This document shows, in pieces, positions 50,968 to 61,133 of a stretch of DNA of 64,000 bases. The DNA is taken from the NCBI GenBank assembly GCA_045047115.1, contig JASFYR010000012.1, positions 27,337 to 91,336 of the forward strand. Direction: 5' to 3'. This DNA is from Sulfurospirillum sp. Its GTDB lineage: Bacteria; Campylobacterota; Campylobacteria; Campylobacterales; Sulfurospirillaceae. The notes beneath the pieces are model-generated. The model did not search any database. It was not told where the DNA came from and was given only the letters and a program-made list of their open reading frames with translations. The stretch's first letter is position 1, and every line of letters starts with the position of its first letter. The position numbers and the translations under genes were made by a program.

Positions 50968-51444
50968 TTATGAGCTTTCCAGCTTCAGGAGATATTGTTT
51001 TATATCAAGTCCGCTGGCATAACCAGTCAGTTTACCGGATTTTCCTATCACTCTATGGCAAGGTATGATTATGGCTATAGGGTTTGCTCCGTTTGCCCCA
51101 CCTATTGCTCTTATGGCTTTTTGATGCCCTGCCCTTTTAGCTTGTTCTTCGTAACTGATAGTTTCGCCATAAGGTATATCAATCAGGGTTTTCCATGCTG
51201 ATTTTTGAAATTCTGTTCCTTTTGGAGATATGGGTAGATCAAATTTCTGTCTCTTTTTTGCAAAATACTCATCTAGCTGGAGGTGTGTTGTTTGGATTAT
51301 TTTATTGCCGAAGTTTTTTGCGTTTATAAATTTATTTTTATATTTATACCAACTGATTTCCGTAATAACAGCCAACAAGTGCGTATCATTTGCTACTAAA
51401 TATATATCTTCTATAGGGGATTTTATCTTTTGAAAACATAACAC
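50968..51444 (-). CDS. ogt: Methylated-DNA-protein-cysteine methyltransferase
   Basis: GTEFQ, IPYGET.SY, NP.AIIIPCHRV. Confidence 0.95.
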   Translation of the reverse strand: MLCFQKIKSPIEDIYLVANDTHLLAVITEISWYKYKNKFINAKNFGNKIIQTTHLQLDEYFAKKRQKFDLPISPKGTEFQKSAWKTLIDIPYGETISYEEQAKRAGHQKAIRAIGGANGANPIAIIIPCHRVIGKSGKLTGYASGLDIKQYLLKLESS

Positions 51445-51454
51445 AGCCTTCTCC

Positions 51455-52528
51455 TTATTTCATAGCATATTTTTTATTTTGTCCAACCTGATCTTTGTGA
51501 GCAAAAAACTCTTTAATTCTTTTTATATTTTCTTTTTGAGAGAGTTTGGAATCAAGAATGATGACATATTTACCATTTACCCCGTCTATCAATGCGCTTT
51601 TTTTTAATATCTTATTAAAATTATCACTTATTCTTATACATCCTCTAGATGCTTTGTGGCCAAGCAACAGGTTGTCTATCGGGTTTGTCGAGTGAATTGC
51701 GAGATGGATTTTTCTTTTAATTTTCGAATTATATTCGATAGGTAATATGTATTTGCCCAGATAAAATACCCTGCCGCCTTTTATTCCGTATTCTGAAAAA
51801 TTTGTTTTATTTGCATGCCAGTCACCTTTGCGATATTTTTTTCTGTTTATGATAGCTATTGGTGTATCTACAAATCTACTGTTTCTGGTGTTTAATGAAG
51901 CATTTCCTGTTGAGATTCTGTCACCCCCGATATATTCTAAGGATAAGCTTTTTTTATGAAATTGAAATACATAGCTTTTTTGAAGATTTTTATCGATAAT
52001 CAAAATATACTCTTTGTTTTTAAGGCAGAGAAACCTGTTTTTCTTTAATTTTTTAATTAAAGTGGTGTAAAAAATCTCTTTGGAGGCACTGATTTTTGTC
52101 CTATTAAATGTTCTAAATATCTTTTTTAATTTTGTTTTTGATAGCCTGGTTGCATTTATGGACTTTAAATTTTTTGTAAAAAGATAGTTGCTTTCCGGTT
52201 TTATATAAGAGATAAGGTATTTTTTATCTTTTTTAAAAAAAAGAGCTCTTCCATTTTTTGTATTAGCATATGCTTTGTATCTGCTCATCCATCTATATTT
52301 TCCAAGATTTTTAAGCCCTTCTTTCACAAATATAGTATCAGAATTGAGATGTGTTGCTTTATGTTGATATCTTGAATAAATCTTGATTATGTAGGGCTTT
52401 GTTATTATTGGTTTTAAAAAAGAATCTATTTGTGCTTGTGGTATCTTGTAGTTCTTTTTCATGTTAATTGCAAAACTGTTTTGCAGTATAAATAAGAGTG
52501 ATAAAAAAGGTATATATAAGATTTTCAT
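51455..52528 (-). CDS. Exported L,D-transpeptidase (YkuD-like)
   Basis: Signal peptide; ISTG and AIHST...LG.KASRGCIRI catalytic motif. Confidence 0.8.
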   Translation of the reverse strand: MKILYIPFLSLLFILQNSFAINMKKNYKIPQAQIDSFLKPIITKPYIIKIYSRYQHKATHLNSDTIFVKEGLKNLGKYRWMSRYKAYANTKNGRALFFKKDKKYLISYIKPESNYLFTKNLKSINATRLSKTKLKKIFRTFNRTKISASKEIFYTTLIKKLKKNRFLCLKNKEYILIIDKNLQKSYVFQFHKKSLSLEYIGGDRISTGNASLNTRNSRFVDTPIAIINRKKYRKGDWHANKTNFSEYGIKGGRVFYLGKYILPIEYNSKIKRKIHLAIHSTNPIDNLLLGHKASRGCIRISDNFNKILKKSALIDGVNGKYVIILDSKLSQKENIKRIKEFFAHKDQVGQNKKYAMK

Positions 52529-52654
52529 ATGTGTCTATCCTGTTTTGAGACTTAGTTGTAATTATACCTTGAATAAAATGAAACAATTATGAAAAAGAAA
52601 CTTATAAGTAAATTAAAGGTATAATTGACTCAAATTTAAAGGGCGGTATACTAT

Positions 52655-53470
52655 ATGCCACAGATTGAGGCCAAAAAGAGATTTGGTCAAAACTTCTTGA
52701 AAGACACAACAGTTTTAAATAAAATCATCCAATCGATGTCCATCAACAAAAGAAAACTCGTAGAGATTGGACCTGGCTTAGGTGATTTGACGCAAATGCT
52801 TTTAAGGGTGAAGCCCCTGAAGGCTTATGAGGTCGATAGAGACTTATGCGTTCATTTGAGAGAAAAATTTTACAAAGAGATAGAAGAGGGAAGGCTAAAA
52901 CTAGAACAAGTCGATGTTCTGGAGTGCTTTGAAAAGGGATCGCTTGAAAATGATTCCTATGATTTGGTAGCAAATTTACCATATTATATAGCAACCAGAA
53001 TCATACTTGAAGCATTGCAAGATGCGAAGTGCAACTCTATGACTGTGATGGTTCAAAAAGAGGTTGCGCAGAAATTCTCAGCTTTTGTAAAGACCAAAGA
53101 GTTCAGTTCTTTGGCGATACTCTCTCAAAGTATAGCGGATGTAGAGTTGCTGTTTGATGTGCCTGCTGATTCCTTTGAGCCGGCACCAAAAGTAACTTCA
53201 TCTATTTTGAAAATTGTCAAAAAAAGAGATTTTATACAAGGTGTAAACCCTTTGTTTGAAGACAACAAGGATTTTATTGGATTTAAAAAATATCTGAGGA
53301 TATCATTTTCTAGTCCTAGAAAAACTTGGGTAAAAAATATATCTCAGATTTACAATAAAGAGCTTGCAAAAAAACTGCTAGAATCTCACGATATAGTAAT
53401 AAATGCAAGACCTCATGAATTAAGCGTCGAAAATCATCTTAATTTATATGAAAAAATTACAAACAGATAG
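52655..53470 (+). CDS. rsmA: 16S rRNA dimethyltransferase
   Basis: KRFGQNFL, EIGPGLG.LT, ANLPY, MVQKEVA. Confidence 0.97.
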   Translation: MPQIEAKKRFGQNFLKDTTVLNKIIQSMSINKRKLVEIGPGLGDLTQMLLRVKPLKAYEVDRDLCVHLREKFYKEIEEGRLKLEQVDVLECFEKGSLENDSYDLVANLPYYIATRIILEALQDAKCNSMTVMVQKEVAQKFSAFVKTKEFSSLAILSQSIADVELLFDVPADSFEPAPKVTSSILKIVKKRDFIQGVNPLFEDNKDFIGFKKYLRISFSSPRKTWVKNISQIYNKELAKKLLESHDIVINARPHELSVENHLNLYEKITNR

Positions 53471-53494
53471 TTTTTTCAAGATTAAGGTAGAAAT

Positions 53495-55429
53495 ATGCAA
53501 GAAAACAAAACAACTGTTGCTGATAAAAAATCGGCAAATCAAAAAGCGCAAAGTACTGGAAACAGAACGGGCAATACTGCAAATCCGGAGAGACAGAGTA
53601 AAAAGCCAAATCCAAACCGACAAAATAGAAAACGCAAAAGTGCGAAAAATCAACCTAGTGTTTTAGAGGGCAATGAAAAGTGGCAAAAAGACATGCAAAT
53701 TGCCATAGAGGCAAATCACAAGATACATAAAGATAGACTCCAAAAGTTTAATAAGATTAACCAAAACACAACTGCAAAAGTGAGAATTACACCTCTTGGA
53801 GGACTTGGTGAAATTGGTGGCAATATCACTGTCATAGAGACCGATACAAGTGCAATTATAGTCGATGTTGGCATGAGCTTTCCGACTGATGATATGCACG
53901 GAGTTGACATACTGATTCCTGATTTTACATATCTTAGACAGATAAAAAAGAAGATAAAGGCTATCGTGATTACTCACGCTCACGAAGATCATATAGGGGC
54001 AGTCGCTTATCTCTTTAAAGAGATGCAATTTCCTATATATGCCACACCACTTCCTCTGGGAATGCTCTCAAATAAGTTTGAAGAGCATGGCTTAAAGCAG
54101 TACAGAAAACTGTTTAGACCAGTCCAAAAGAGAAAAATTTATAAAATCGGAGATATAGGAGTAGAGTGGATGCACATCACACACTCTATCATAGATGCCT
54201 CGTCTCTTGCGATAACAACAGAAGCAGGAACCATCATACACACAGGAGACTTTAAGATAGACCATACCCCGATAGACGGGTATGTGACTGATCTCAATAG
54301 ATTTGCAGAGTATGGTGAAAAAGGGGTACTTTGTCTTTTGAGTGATAGTACAAACTCGCACAAAGAGGGAATTACAAGAAGTGAAAGCACTGTAGGCAAG
54401 ACTTTTGATTATATATTTTCAAAATCAAAGGGGAGGGTGATAATGTCAACTTTCTCTTCAAATATACATAGAGTTTATCAGGCGATTAGCTATGGTCTGA
54501 AGCATAACAGAAAAGTTTGTGTTATAGGCAGATCTATGGAAAGAAACCTTTTTACTGCTATTGATTTGGGTTATATTGATCTTGATAAAAGCATATTTAT
54601 AGACCCACATGAAGTTAATAAGCACAATGATAAAGAGGTTCTTATAGTCACAACAGGCAGTCAGGGCGAGACTATGGCAGCACTTTATAGAATGGCAACG
54701 GATGAGCATAGACACATTAAAATAAAGACAAGTGATCAGATAATCATTTCCGCAAAAGCGATTCCGGGAAATGAAGGAAGTGTCTCTAAGGTGCTTAACT
54801 TTTTGATCAAAAGCGGTGCAAGTGTAGCGTATCAGGATTTTAGCGAGATACATGTCAGCGGACACGCAGCACAAGAGGAACAAAAACTTATACTAAGGCT
54901 GACAAAACCAAAATTTTTCTTACCTGTTCATGGAGAGTTCAACCATATTTCAAGACACAAAGAGACGGCTATGAAGTGCGGAATCCCACCTAGAAATATC
55001 TTGCTAATGAGTGATGGCGATCAGATAGAAGTCTGTCCAAAATATATCAAAAAGGCAAAATCTGTCAAAACCGGAAAGGTTTTTGTTGATAATCAGGCAA
55101 ATGAAAAGATAGCAAATGATGTTGTGATAGACAGGCAGAAAATGGCAGATTCAGGACTTGTTATGGTGGTTGCACAAGTCAATATAAATGAGCAAAAATT
55201 AGCTAGCAGGCCGAGGGTTGTAAGCTATGGTCTGGTTTCTGACAAGGATGATAGAAAATTTTCTCAAGAGATGGAGGGTGTGATAGATCAATTTACAGTA
55301 AATGCGAAAAAAGAGCTTTTCCAAAATAAAAAAGCACTTGAAAATGAACTAAGACAGGTTCTAAGAAAACATATATATAGAAAAATGAAAAAGTATCCGA
55401 CTATCGTTCCTACGATATTTATGATGTAA
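53495..55429 (+). CDS. rnj: Ribonuclease J with basic low-complexity N-terminal extension
   Basis: PLGGLGEIG, THAHEDHIG, HTGDFK, HVSGH, PVHGE. Confidence 0.97.
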   Translation: MQENKTTVADKKSANQKAQSTGNRTGNTANPERQSKKPNPNRQNRKRKSAKNQPSVLEGNEKWQKDMQIAIEANHKIHKDRLQKFNKINQNTTAKVRITPLGGLGEIGGNITVIETDTSAIIVDVGMSFPTDDMHGVDILIPDFTYLRQIKKKIKAIVITHAHEDHIGAVAYLFKEMQFPIYATPLPLGMLSNKFEEHGLKQYRKLFRPVQKRKIYKIGDIGVEWMHITHSIIDASSLAITTEAGTIIHTGDFKIDHTPIDGYVTDLNRFAEYGEKGVLCLLSDSTNSHKEGITRSESTVGKTFDYIFSKSKGRVIMSTFSSNIHRVYQAISYGLKHNRKVCVIGRSMERNLFTAIDLGYIDLDKSIFIDPHEVNKHNDKEVLIVTTGSQGETMAALYRMATDEHRHIKIKTSDQIIISAKAIPGNEGSVSKVLNFLIKSGASVAYQDFSEIHVSGHAAQEEQKLILRLTKPKFFLPVHGEFNHISRHKETAMKCGIPPRNILLMSDGDQIEVCPKYIKKAKSVKTGKVFVDNQANEKIANDVVIDRQKMADSGLVMVVAQVNINEQKLASRPRVVSYGLVSDKDDRKFSQEMEGVIDQFTVNAKKELFQNKKALENELRQVLRKHIYRKMKKYPTIVPTIFMM

Positions 55430-55438
55430 GGCAGTTAA

Positions 55439-56404
55439 ATGACAGATTTTAAAGAGATAGCAAAAGATGTGCTGAGATTAGAGGCAAAAGAGCTACTTGA
55501 TGCAGTTGAAAAGATAGATGACGATATGAGCAGGGCAGTTGGGTTGATAGCGGGTATAAAAGGAAAACTCATAGTAACAGGAGTTGGAAAAAGCGGACTC
55601 ATAGGTGCAAAGATAGCAGCCACTATGGCAAGCACCGGTACGAGTAGCTTTTTTATCCACCCTACTGAGGCACTGCATGGAGATTTGGGTATGATAGGTA
55701 AAGATGATGCCGTACTTGCTATCAGCTTTAGCGGAGAGAGTGAAGAGCTTATAAAAATACTTCCCCATATAAAGAGATTTGATATACCGCTAATCGCTAT
55801 GGCTAGAAGCAAAAACTCTTCGTTAGGCAGGTATGGTGATCTGTTTTTATCCATAGATGTATCAAAAGAGGCCTGTCCGTTAGATGCAGCACCTACTACA
55901 TCTACAACTTTAACTCTGGCGATGGGAGATGCACTATCGGTTTGCCTAATGAAAAAGAAAGAGTTTAAAAAAGAGGATTTTGCATCATTTCATCCGGGGG
56001 GAAGCTTGGGGAAAAGACTTTTTATAAAAGTTAAGGACTTGATGCATACCGACAATCTCCCCGTGGTAGATAAAGAAGCAAGCTTAAAAGAGGCTATAGT
56101 GGTTATGAGTGAAGGAAGATTGGGGAATGTTCTTATAGAAGACAAAGACCACAAACTTTTAGCGATACTGAGTGACGGGGACCTAAGAAGAGCCGTCATG
56201 AAGGATAACTTTTCGATAGATAAAAAAGCAATCGAGTTTGCTACAAAAAATCCTAAGATTTTAGAGAGTGGAAATCTGCTTGCTAGTGATGCTCTTAGCT
56301 TTGTAGAGGAGCACAAGATACAGTTAATCGCGATAGTAGATGAAAATAGAAAGGTGGCAGGAGTGTTGCATATACACGATCTTGTAGAGGCGGGGATAAA
56401 GTGA
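55439..56404 (+). CDS. kdsD: Arabinose-5-phosphate isomerase (KpsF/GutQ, SIS-CBS)
   Basis: GVGKSG, HPTEALHGDLG, EACP...APTTST, FHPGG.LG, CBS pair. Confidence 0.93.
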   Translation: MTDFKEIAKDVLRLEAKELLDAVEKIDDDMSRAVGLIAGIKGKLIVTGVGKSGLIGAKIAATMASTGTSSFFIHPTEALHGDLGMIGKDDAVLAISFSGESEELIKILPHIKRFDIPLIAMARSKNSSLGRYGDLFLSIDVSKEACPLDAAPTTSTTLTLAMGDALSVCLMKKKEFKKEDFASFHPGGSLGKRLFIKVKDLMHTDNLPVVDKEASLKEAIVVMSEGRLGNVLIEDKDHKLLAILSDGDLRRAVMKDNFSIDKKAIEFATKNPKILESGNLLASDALSFVEEHKIQLIAIVDENRKVAGVLHIHDLVEAGIK

Positions 56405-57213
56405 TGGAACCTATAAGATTAAACAAGATGATTTCTCACAATACCAGGCACTCAAGAAGAGAGGCCGACAAGCTTATACAAGATGGTTTGGTAAGTGTTG
56501 ATGGTGAAGTAGTGACAGATTTGTCAACTAAAGTAACTTTTGAAAACAAAATACGGATTAAAGGCAGGAGTCTTTACAAAAAAACAAAATATACAGTCAT
56601 AGTCTATCATAAACAAAAAGGTGAATTAGTCAGCAAAAAGGATGACAGAGGCAGAAAAACCGTCTATGACACATTGCCTTCAAAATTTGCACACTTTATG
56701 AGTATAGGAAGATTGGATTTTACCAGCGAAGGACTTCTTCTGCTCAGTGATGCTCCCGATATCGTCTCTGCTTTGATGCATGGAGACTTGGAGAGAGTTT
56801 ACTATGTAAAAATAAAAGGTGAAGTGACTAAGCAGATGGAGATAGCTATGCAAGAGGGGCTATACCTCGAAGATGCAAGCAAGGGCGGACATGAGCAAAG
56901 CAGAGTGAGATCCATGGAATTTGCACCATTTTTGGACTATCGCATTATCAAAAGCAGACCCACATACTCTACTATAAAAGTGACTATAAATGAAGGTAAA
57001 AATAGAGAGTTAAGAAGATTTTTTGGCTATTTTGACGCAGATGTTGTTGGGCTCAAAAGAGTGAGTTACGGAAAGATAGACCTTGATATGCTCAAACCCG
57101 GAAAACACAGATTTTTGACAAATACAGAGTATGATGCATTGAGAGACTATTTGGACTATAGCAAAAAAGAGAAAGCAAAACTTGTTGATAGAGAACTTAG
57201 CACTAACATTTAG
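56401..57213 (+). CDS. RsuA/RluB-family pseudouridine synthase
   Basis: S4 domain SRREAD, GRLD..SEGLLL, EGKNRELRR. Confidence 0.92.
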   Translation: MMEPIRLNKMISHNTRHSRREADKLIQDGLVSVDGEVVTDLSTKVTFENKIRIKGRSLYKKTKYTVIVYHKQKGELVSKKDDRGRKTVYDTLPSKFAHFMSIGRLDFTSEGLLLLSDAPDIVSALMHGDLERVYYVKIKGEVTKQMEIAMQEGLYLEDASKGGHEQSRVRSMEFAPFLDYRIIKSRPTYSTIKVTINEGKNRELRRFFGYFDADVVGLKRVSYGKIDLDMLKPGKHRFLTNTEYDALRDYLDYSKKEKAKLVDRELSTNI

Positions 57214-58393
57214 ACCAAAAAACATAGATGAGATATGCGGTCAAAAGCATCTGTGTGCAAAAAATGCACCATTTAGAGAGCTTTTGCAAAAAAAGAGCAT
57301 ATCCCACAGTATATTTTTTGGACCTGCCGGAGTAGGGAAGACTACTTTGGCTAAAGTTATTGCTACCCAAATGGAATTGCCATTTTATGAGATGGATGCT
57401 ACGAACATAAAAGTTGAAGAGATAAGAAAGATACTTAAAAATCACCAAAACTCTCTCTCAAGGCCCCTAATTTTTATAGATGAGGTTCACAGGCTTTCCA
57501 AGACTCAACAAGAGGTACTTTTAGTGCCGATGGAGAGGAGAGAGGCTATTATCATAGGAGCTAGCACGGAAAATCCATACTTTTCACTCACTAGCGGTAT
57601 AAGATCCCGCTCAATGCTGTTTGAGTTTTTTTCATTGAGAGACAAGGATCTAGAAGAAATTTTACAAAGAGTTCAAAAGAAGATAGGATTTAGTATCGAC
57701 TTAGAAGCCAAAGAGTATCTGCTTGGCTCTTCTAGTGGAGATGTCCGTTCTATGCTAAATCTTTTAGAGTTTGCTTTGAAGATAGCACTGCATGTAGAGC
57801 TAAAAACTTTAAAAGCTCTGAGACCAAACGCACTCAAAGATGGTGTTAGTTCAAACTCATCACACTATGATTTGATAAGTGCAATGATAAAAAGCATAAG
57901 AGGGAGTGATGTAGATGCGGCTTTGTACTATCTTGCAAGATTGATAGATGGCGGGGAGAGTGCGGATTTTATAGCTCGTCGTTTAGTGATACTCTCAAGC
58001 GAAGATATAGGCAATGCCAATCCAAATGCCTTAAATCTTGCAAACAGTTGCCTGCAAAGTGTCAACAAGATAGGTTTTCCAGAAGCTAGAATCATACTTG
58101 CCCAAACCCTGATATATCTGGCATCTAGTCCAAAATCAAACAGTGCATACAAGGCGATAAATAAAGTACAAAATTATGTACAAAAGAAGAGAGCGTTAGA
58201 AGTTCCAAAGCATCTAACCAAACTGGGAGCAAAAGAGTATAGATATCCTCATGATTTTAATGGATGGGTAGAACAAAAATATCTAGATGTTGACTCAAGG
58301 TTTTATGAAAGCTCGCAAATAGGCTTTGAAAAGACTTTGGATGAGTGGCTAGAGAAGATAAAAAAACAGAATAAAACTTCTAAAGAGGGATAA
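57182..58393 (+). CDS. rarA: Replication-associated recombination protein A
   Basis: GPAGVGKTT, FIDEVHR, GASTENPYF, KSIRGSD, EDIGNA, PKSN. Confidence 0.95.
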   Translation: MLIENLALTFRPKNIDEICGQKHLCAKNAPFRELLQKKSISHSIFFGPAGVGKTTLAKVIATQMELPFYEMDATNIKVEEIRKILKNHQNSLSRPLIFIDEVHRLSKTQQEVLLVPMERREAIIIGASTENPYFSLTSGIRSRSMLFEFFSLRDKDLEEILQRVQKKIGFSIDLEAKEYLLGSSSGDVRSMLNLLEFALKIALHVELKTLKALRPNALKDGVSSNSSHYDLISAMIKSIRGSDVDAALYYLARLIDGGESADFIARRLVILSSEDIGNANPNALNLANSCLQSVNKIGFPEARIILAQTLIYLASSPKSNSAYKAINKVQNYVQKKRALEVPKHLTKLGAKEYRYPHDFNGWVEQKYLDVDSRFYESSQIGFEKTLDEWLEKIKKQNKTSKEG

Positions 58394-58397
58394 TCAA

Positions 58398-59735
58398 ATG
58401 AAAATTGCTATTGTTGGTGGCGGAATCAGTGGTTTGGCTACTGCATTTTATATCAAAAAAAACAGACCCGAAGTAAAGATAACACTTTTTGAAAAAAAGG
58501 AGTCGCTTGGCGGCAAAATGATGACAAAAAAAGTAGATGGATTTTTGTTTGAAGAGGGAAGCAATGGATTTTTATCAAATAAACCTGATACTATAAATCT
58601 TGTCAAAGAGAGCGGAAGTGAAGAGTTGCTGATGCGCAGTAGCGATAATGCAAGAGTGAGATTTATATATAAAGATGCACTTCACCAACTCCCAGAGTCT
58701 GCCGGAGCTTTTTTGAAAACTCCACTGCTCTCAACACTTGGAAAATTAAGGGTCGCCGGAGAGATTTTTATACCCGCCAAAAAAGATGACAGTGATGAAA
58801 CTCTTCAGTCTTTTGGCTACAGGAGAGTGGGAAAAGAGATGACAGACGCATTTTTGGATCCTATGGTTGCGGGTATATTTGCTTCTGCACCCGATAAAAT
58901 CTCTGTAAACTCTGCTTTTCCAGCTGTTGTAAAACTAGAAAAAGAGTATGGTGGGCTTTTTAAAGGAATGATGAAAAAAAAGAAAAAAGATGCAGGACCA
59001 GGTGGAGTTTTGATGAGCTTTAAAGGCGGAGTCAGTAGCTTCATAGACTCACTTGCAAACTCACTGGATATCGAGATAAAAACAGATGTGTCCATAGAAA
59101 ATCTTAGCAAAAATGCAGACAAATATCTTTTGCATATAGAGGACAAAACTCAAGAGTTTGATATGGTAGTGCTTTCAACTCCTGCTTTTGAGAGTGCAAA
59201 AATACTCAAAGACATAGATGCTAAACTCTCAGAAATGTTAGATGATATAGAGTATTCACCCATAAGCGTTGTAGGATTGGGCTATAGTGAGCTTTCTCAC
59301 GAGCTTCAGGGTTTTGGTCTGCTGACAACCAGTTCGGCAAAAAAAGATGTTTTAGGAGTTCTGTGGGATAGTTCTATATTTGAAGACAGGGCTCCAAAGG
59401 GTAAAAAAGCTTTGAGAATTATGGTAGGTGGACAGAGAAGTCCGGCTTTGGCTCTAAAAAATGAAGAGGAGCTGAGAGATATAGCCATAAAAGGTGTAAA
59501 AGAGACGATGGGTATAGATGAATTGCCAGATATCAGCTATATTAAAAAATGGGAGAGAGGAATTCCAAATTACGCAGTAGGGCACCTGGAGAAGATGGAC
59601 AGACTGTTTGAGAGGTTAAAAGAGCACAAAGGTCTCTACCTAAGCTCAAATGCTTACTTTGGAGTAGGGCTGAACGACTGTGTCGGAAACTCAAAAAAAG
59701 TAGCAAAAATTATCGCAGATGAGATATCTTTATGA
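58398..59735 (+). CDS. hemY: Protoporphyrinogen/coproporphyrinogen oxidase (HemY type)
   Basis: GGGISGL FAD motif, DETL..F..RR.G, GFGLL, IP.Y.VGH, GVGLNDC. Confidence 0.9.
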   Translation: MKIAIVGGGISGLATAFYIKKNRPEVKITLFEKKESLGGKMMTKKVDGFLFEEGSNGFLSNKPDTINLVKESGSEELLMRSSDNARVRFIYKDALHQLPESAGAFLKTPLLSTLGKLRVAGEIFIPAKKDDSDETLQSFGYRRVGKEMTDAFLDPMVAGIFASAPDKISVNSAFPAVVKLEKEYGGLFKGMMKKKKKDAGPGGVLMSFKGGVSSFIDSLANSLDIEIKTDVSIENLSKNADKYLLHIEDKTQEFDMVVLSTPAFESAKILKDIDAKLSEMLDDIEYSPISVVGLGYSELSHELQGFGLLTTSSAKKDVLGVLWDSSIFEDRAPKGKKALRIMVGGQRSPALALKNEEELRDIAIKGVKETMGIDELPDISYIKKWERGIPNYAVGHLEKMDRLFERLKEHKGLYLSSNAYFGVGLNDCVGNSKKVAKIIADEISL

Positions 59736-59759
59736 GCAGGTACTTATATCAAAATTAGT

Positions 59760-61043
59760 TTAAATTTCAGAACCGTTTTTAACTATATCTATACCGTACT
59801 TCTGCCTGAGTGATTGGATAGAGTTCCCGATTTTTCTAAACTTTGTATCTTTTTCATAACTCAAAAGATCAAAAGGTTTATGTTTGTACTCCATAAAGTT
59901 AGATGTGCTTATGCCTATATATTTTATCTTTTGTGCCACATAAATATCTGTGTTATCAAAAATTTCAAGCATTAAAGATTTGAAAAATTTCTCATTAAAG
60001 AGCCTGTCTGTGGTTACTCTATGCTTTGTCCTCAAAAAATTTTCATACTTTATCTTTAAAAAATATGAAGTTGGATTGAGATTAAGTTTCAAGATTGTAT
60101 ATGCCAGATTTCTAGCTAGTACGGCGACTCTTCTTTTGACTTCACACCTTTGTTTTATAGGGTCAAATGTCCTGCTGATGCCGATGGATTTTCTAGGTGT
60201 CCCTTGGGCAATAGACTCATTGTCTATACCCAAAACTCTTTTATACAGCAGGATGCCTGGTTTTTTCCAAGAGTAAAAAAGATTTTTTGCGCCTCTTATC
60301 TCTCCTAGAGTTTCAATACCTCTGCTTTTTAGTCTGCGTCTATAACCTTTTGCGATTCCAGGAAATTTTTGAATTGGTATATCTCTGATGAATTCAGTCC
60401 ACTTGTCTTCTTTTACTTCTTTTACCCCAAAAGGCTTTGCACTGTTTGTTACTAGTTTTGCTGCCCATTTTGATTTTGCTATACCTATCGTTATGGGAAG
60501 ACTAAATTCATCAAATATCTCATGTTGCAAATTTTTACAAAAGTCAAGTAGATTTTCATCTCTGATCCAGCCACTAAGATCTGCAAAAAACTCATCTACG
60601 CTATACTGTTCCACGAGCGGAATCTTTTGCTTTAAAAATTCAAAAAGTTTATGGGAAAATTCATGGTAGAGCAGATGATTTGGTGGCAAAACCAGTAGGT
60701 GAGGGCATAGTGTTAGAGACTCTCTTATCGTCATGCCGGTTTTTAGACCATAGGCTCTAGCCTCGTAAGATGCAGTGGTTATGATGCCTCTTATCCTTGT
60801 TTTGTTGCCATTTTTGTCTATGAAAAAATTTTCAAAATCCATGTTGTCTTTTTTTGTAGGGTAGAAAATATTTGGCACGAAAGCTCCGCTGTTTTTATCA
60901 TATAGTTTTCTTGCACTAAAACTCTTTTCAAATATCTTTGTATCACTTCGTCCTCCTACAGCTATGGGCTTACCACATAGCTTGGGATTTCTTACCCTTT
61001 CACAACTTGCAAAAAAACAGTCCATATCTAGGTGTATCTTCAT
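59760..61043 (-). CDS. dinB: Y-family DNA polymerase (Pol IV/DinB-like)
   Basis: HLDMDCFFAS, ASYEARAYG.KTGM, YSVDEFF, PGI, KSIG.SRTF. Confidence 0.92.
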   Translation of the reverse strand: MKIHLDMDCFFASCERVRNPKLCGKPIAVGGRSDTKIFEKSFSARKLYDKNSGAFVPNIFYPTKKDNMDFENFFIDKNGNKTRIRGIITTASYEARAYGLKTGMTIRESLTLCPHLLVLPPNHLLYHEFSHKLFEFLKQKIPLVEQYSVDEFFADLSGWIRDENLLDFCKNLQHEIFDEFSLPITIGIAKSKWAAKLVTNSAKPFGVKEVKEDKWTEFIRDIPIQKFPGIAKGYRRRLKSRGIETLGEIRGAKNLFYSWKKPGILLYKRVLGIDNESIAQGTPRKSIGISRTFDPIKQRCEVKRRVAVLARNLAYTILKLNLNPTSYFLKIKYENFLRTKHRVTTDRLFNEKFFKSLMLEIFDNTDIYVAQKIKYIGISTSNFMEYKHKPFDLLSYEKDTKFRKIGNSIQSLRQKYGIDIVKNGSEI

Positions 61044-61101
61044 ATAATCTCTTTCTATTTTGTTGTAATTATCTGATAACTTTGATATAATCATCATATA
61101 A

Positions 61102-61119
61102 ATTGATATATTTATCAAT
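61102..61119. promoter_or_regulatory. Candidate operator of the S24 repressor
   Basis: ATTGATA-TATT-TATCAAT palindrome; imperfect copy TTGATA-TAAT-CATCAT at 61082-61097. Confidence 0.6.
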
Positions 61120-61133
61120 CTTTGGAGGATATT

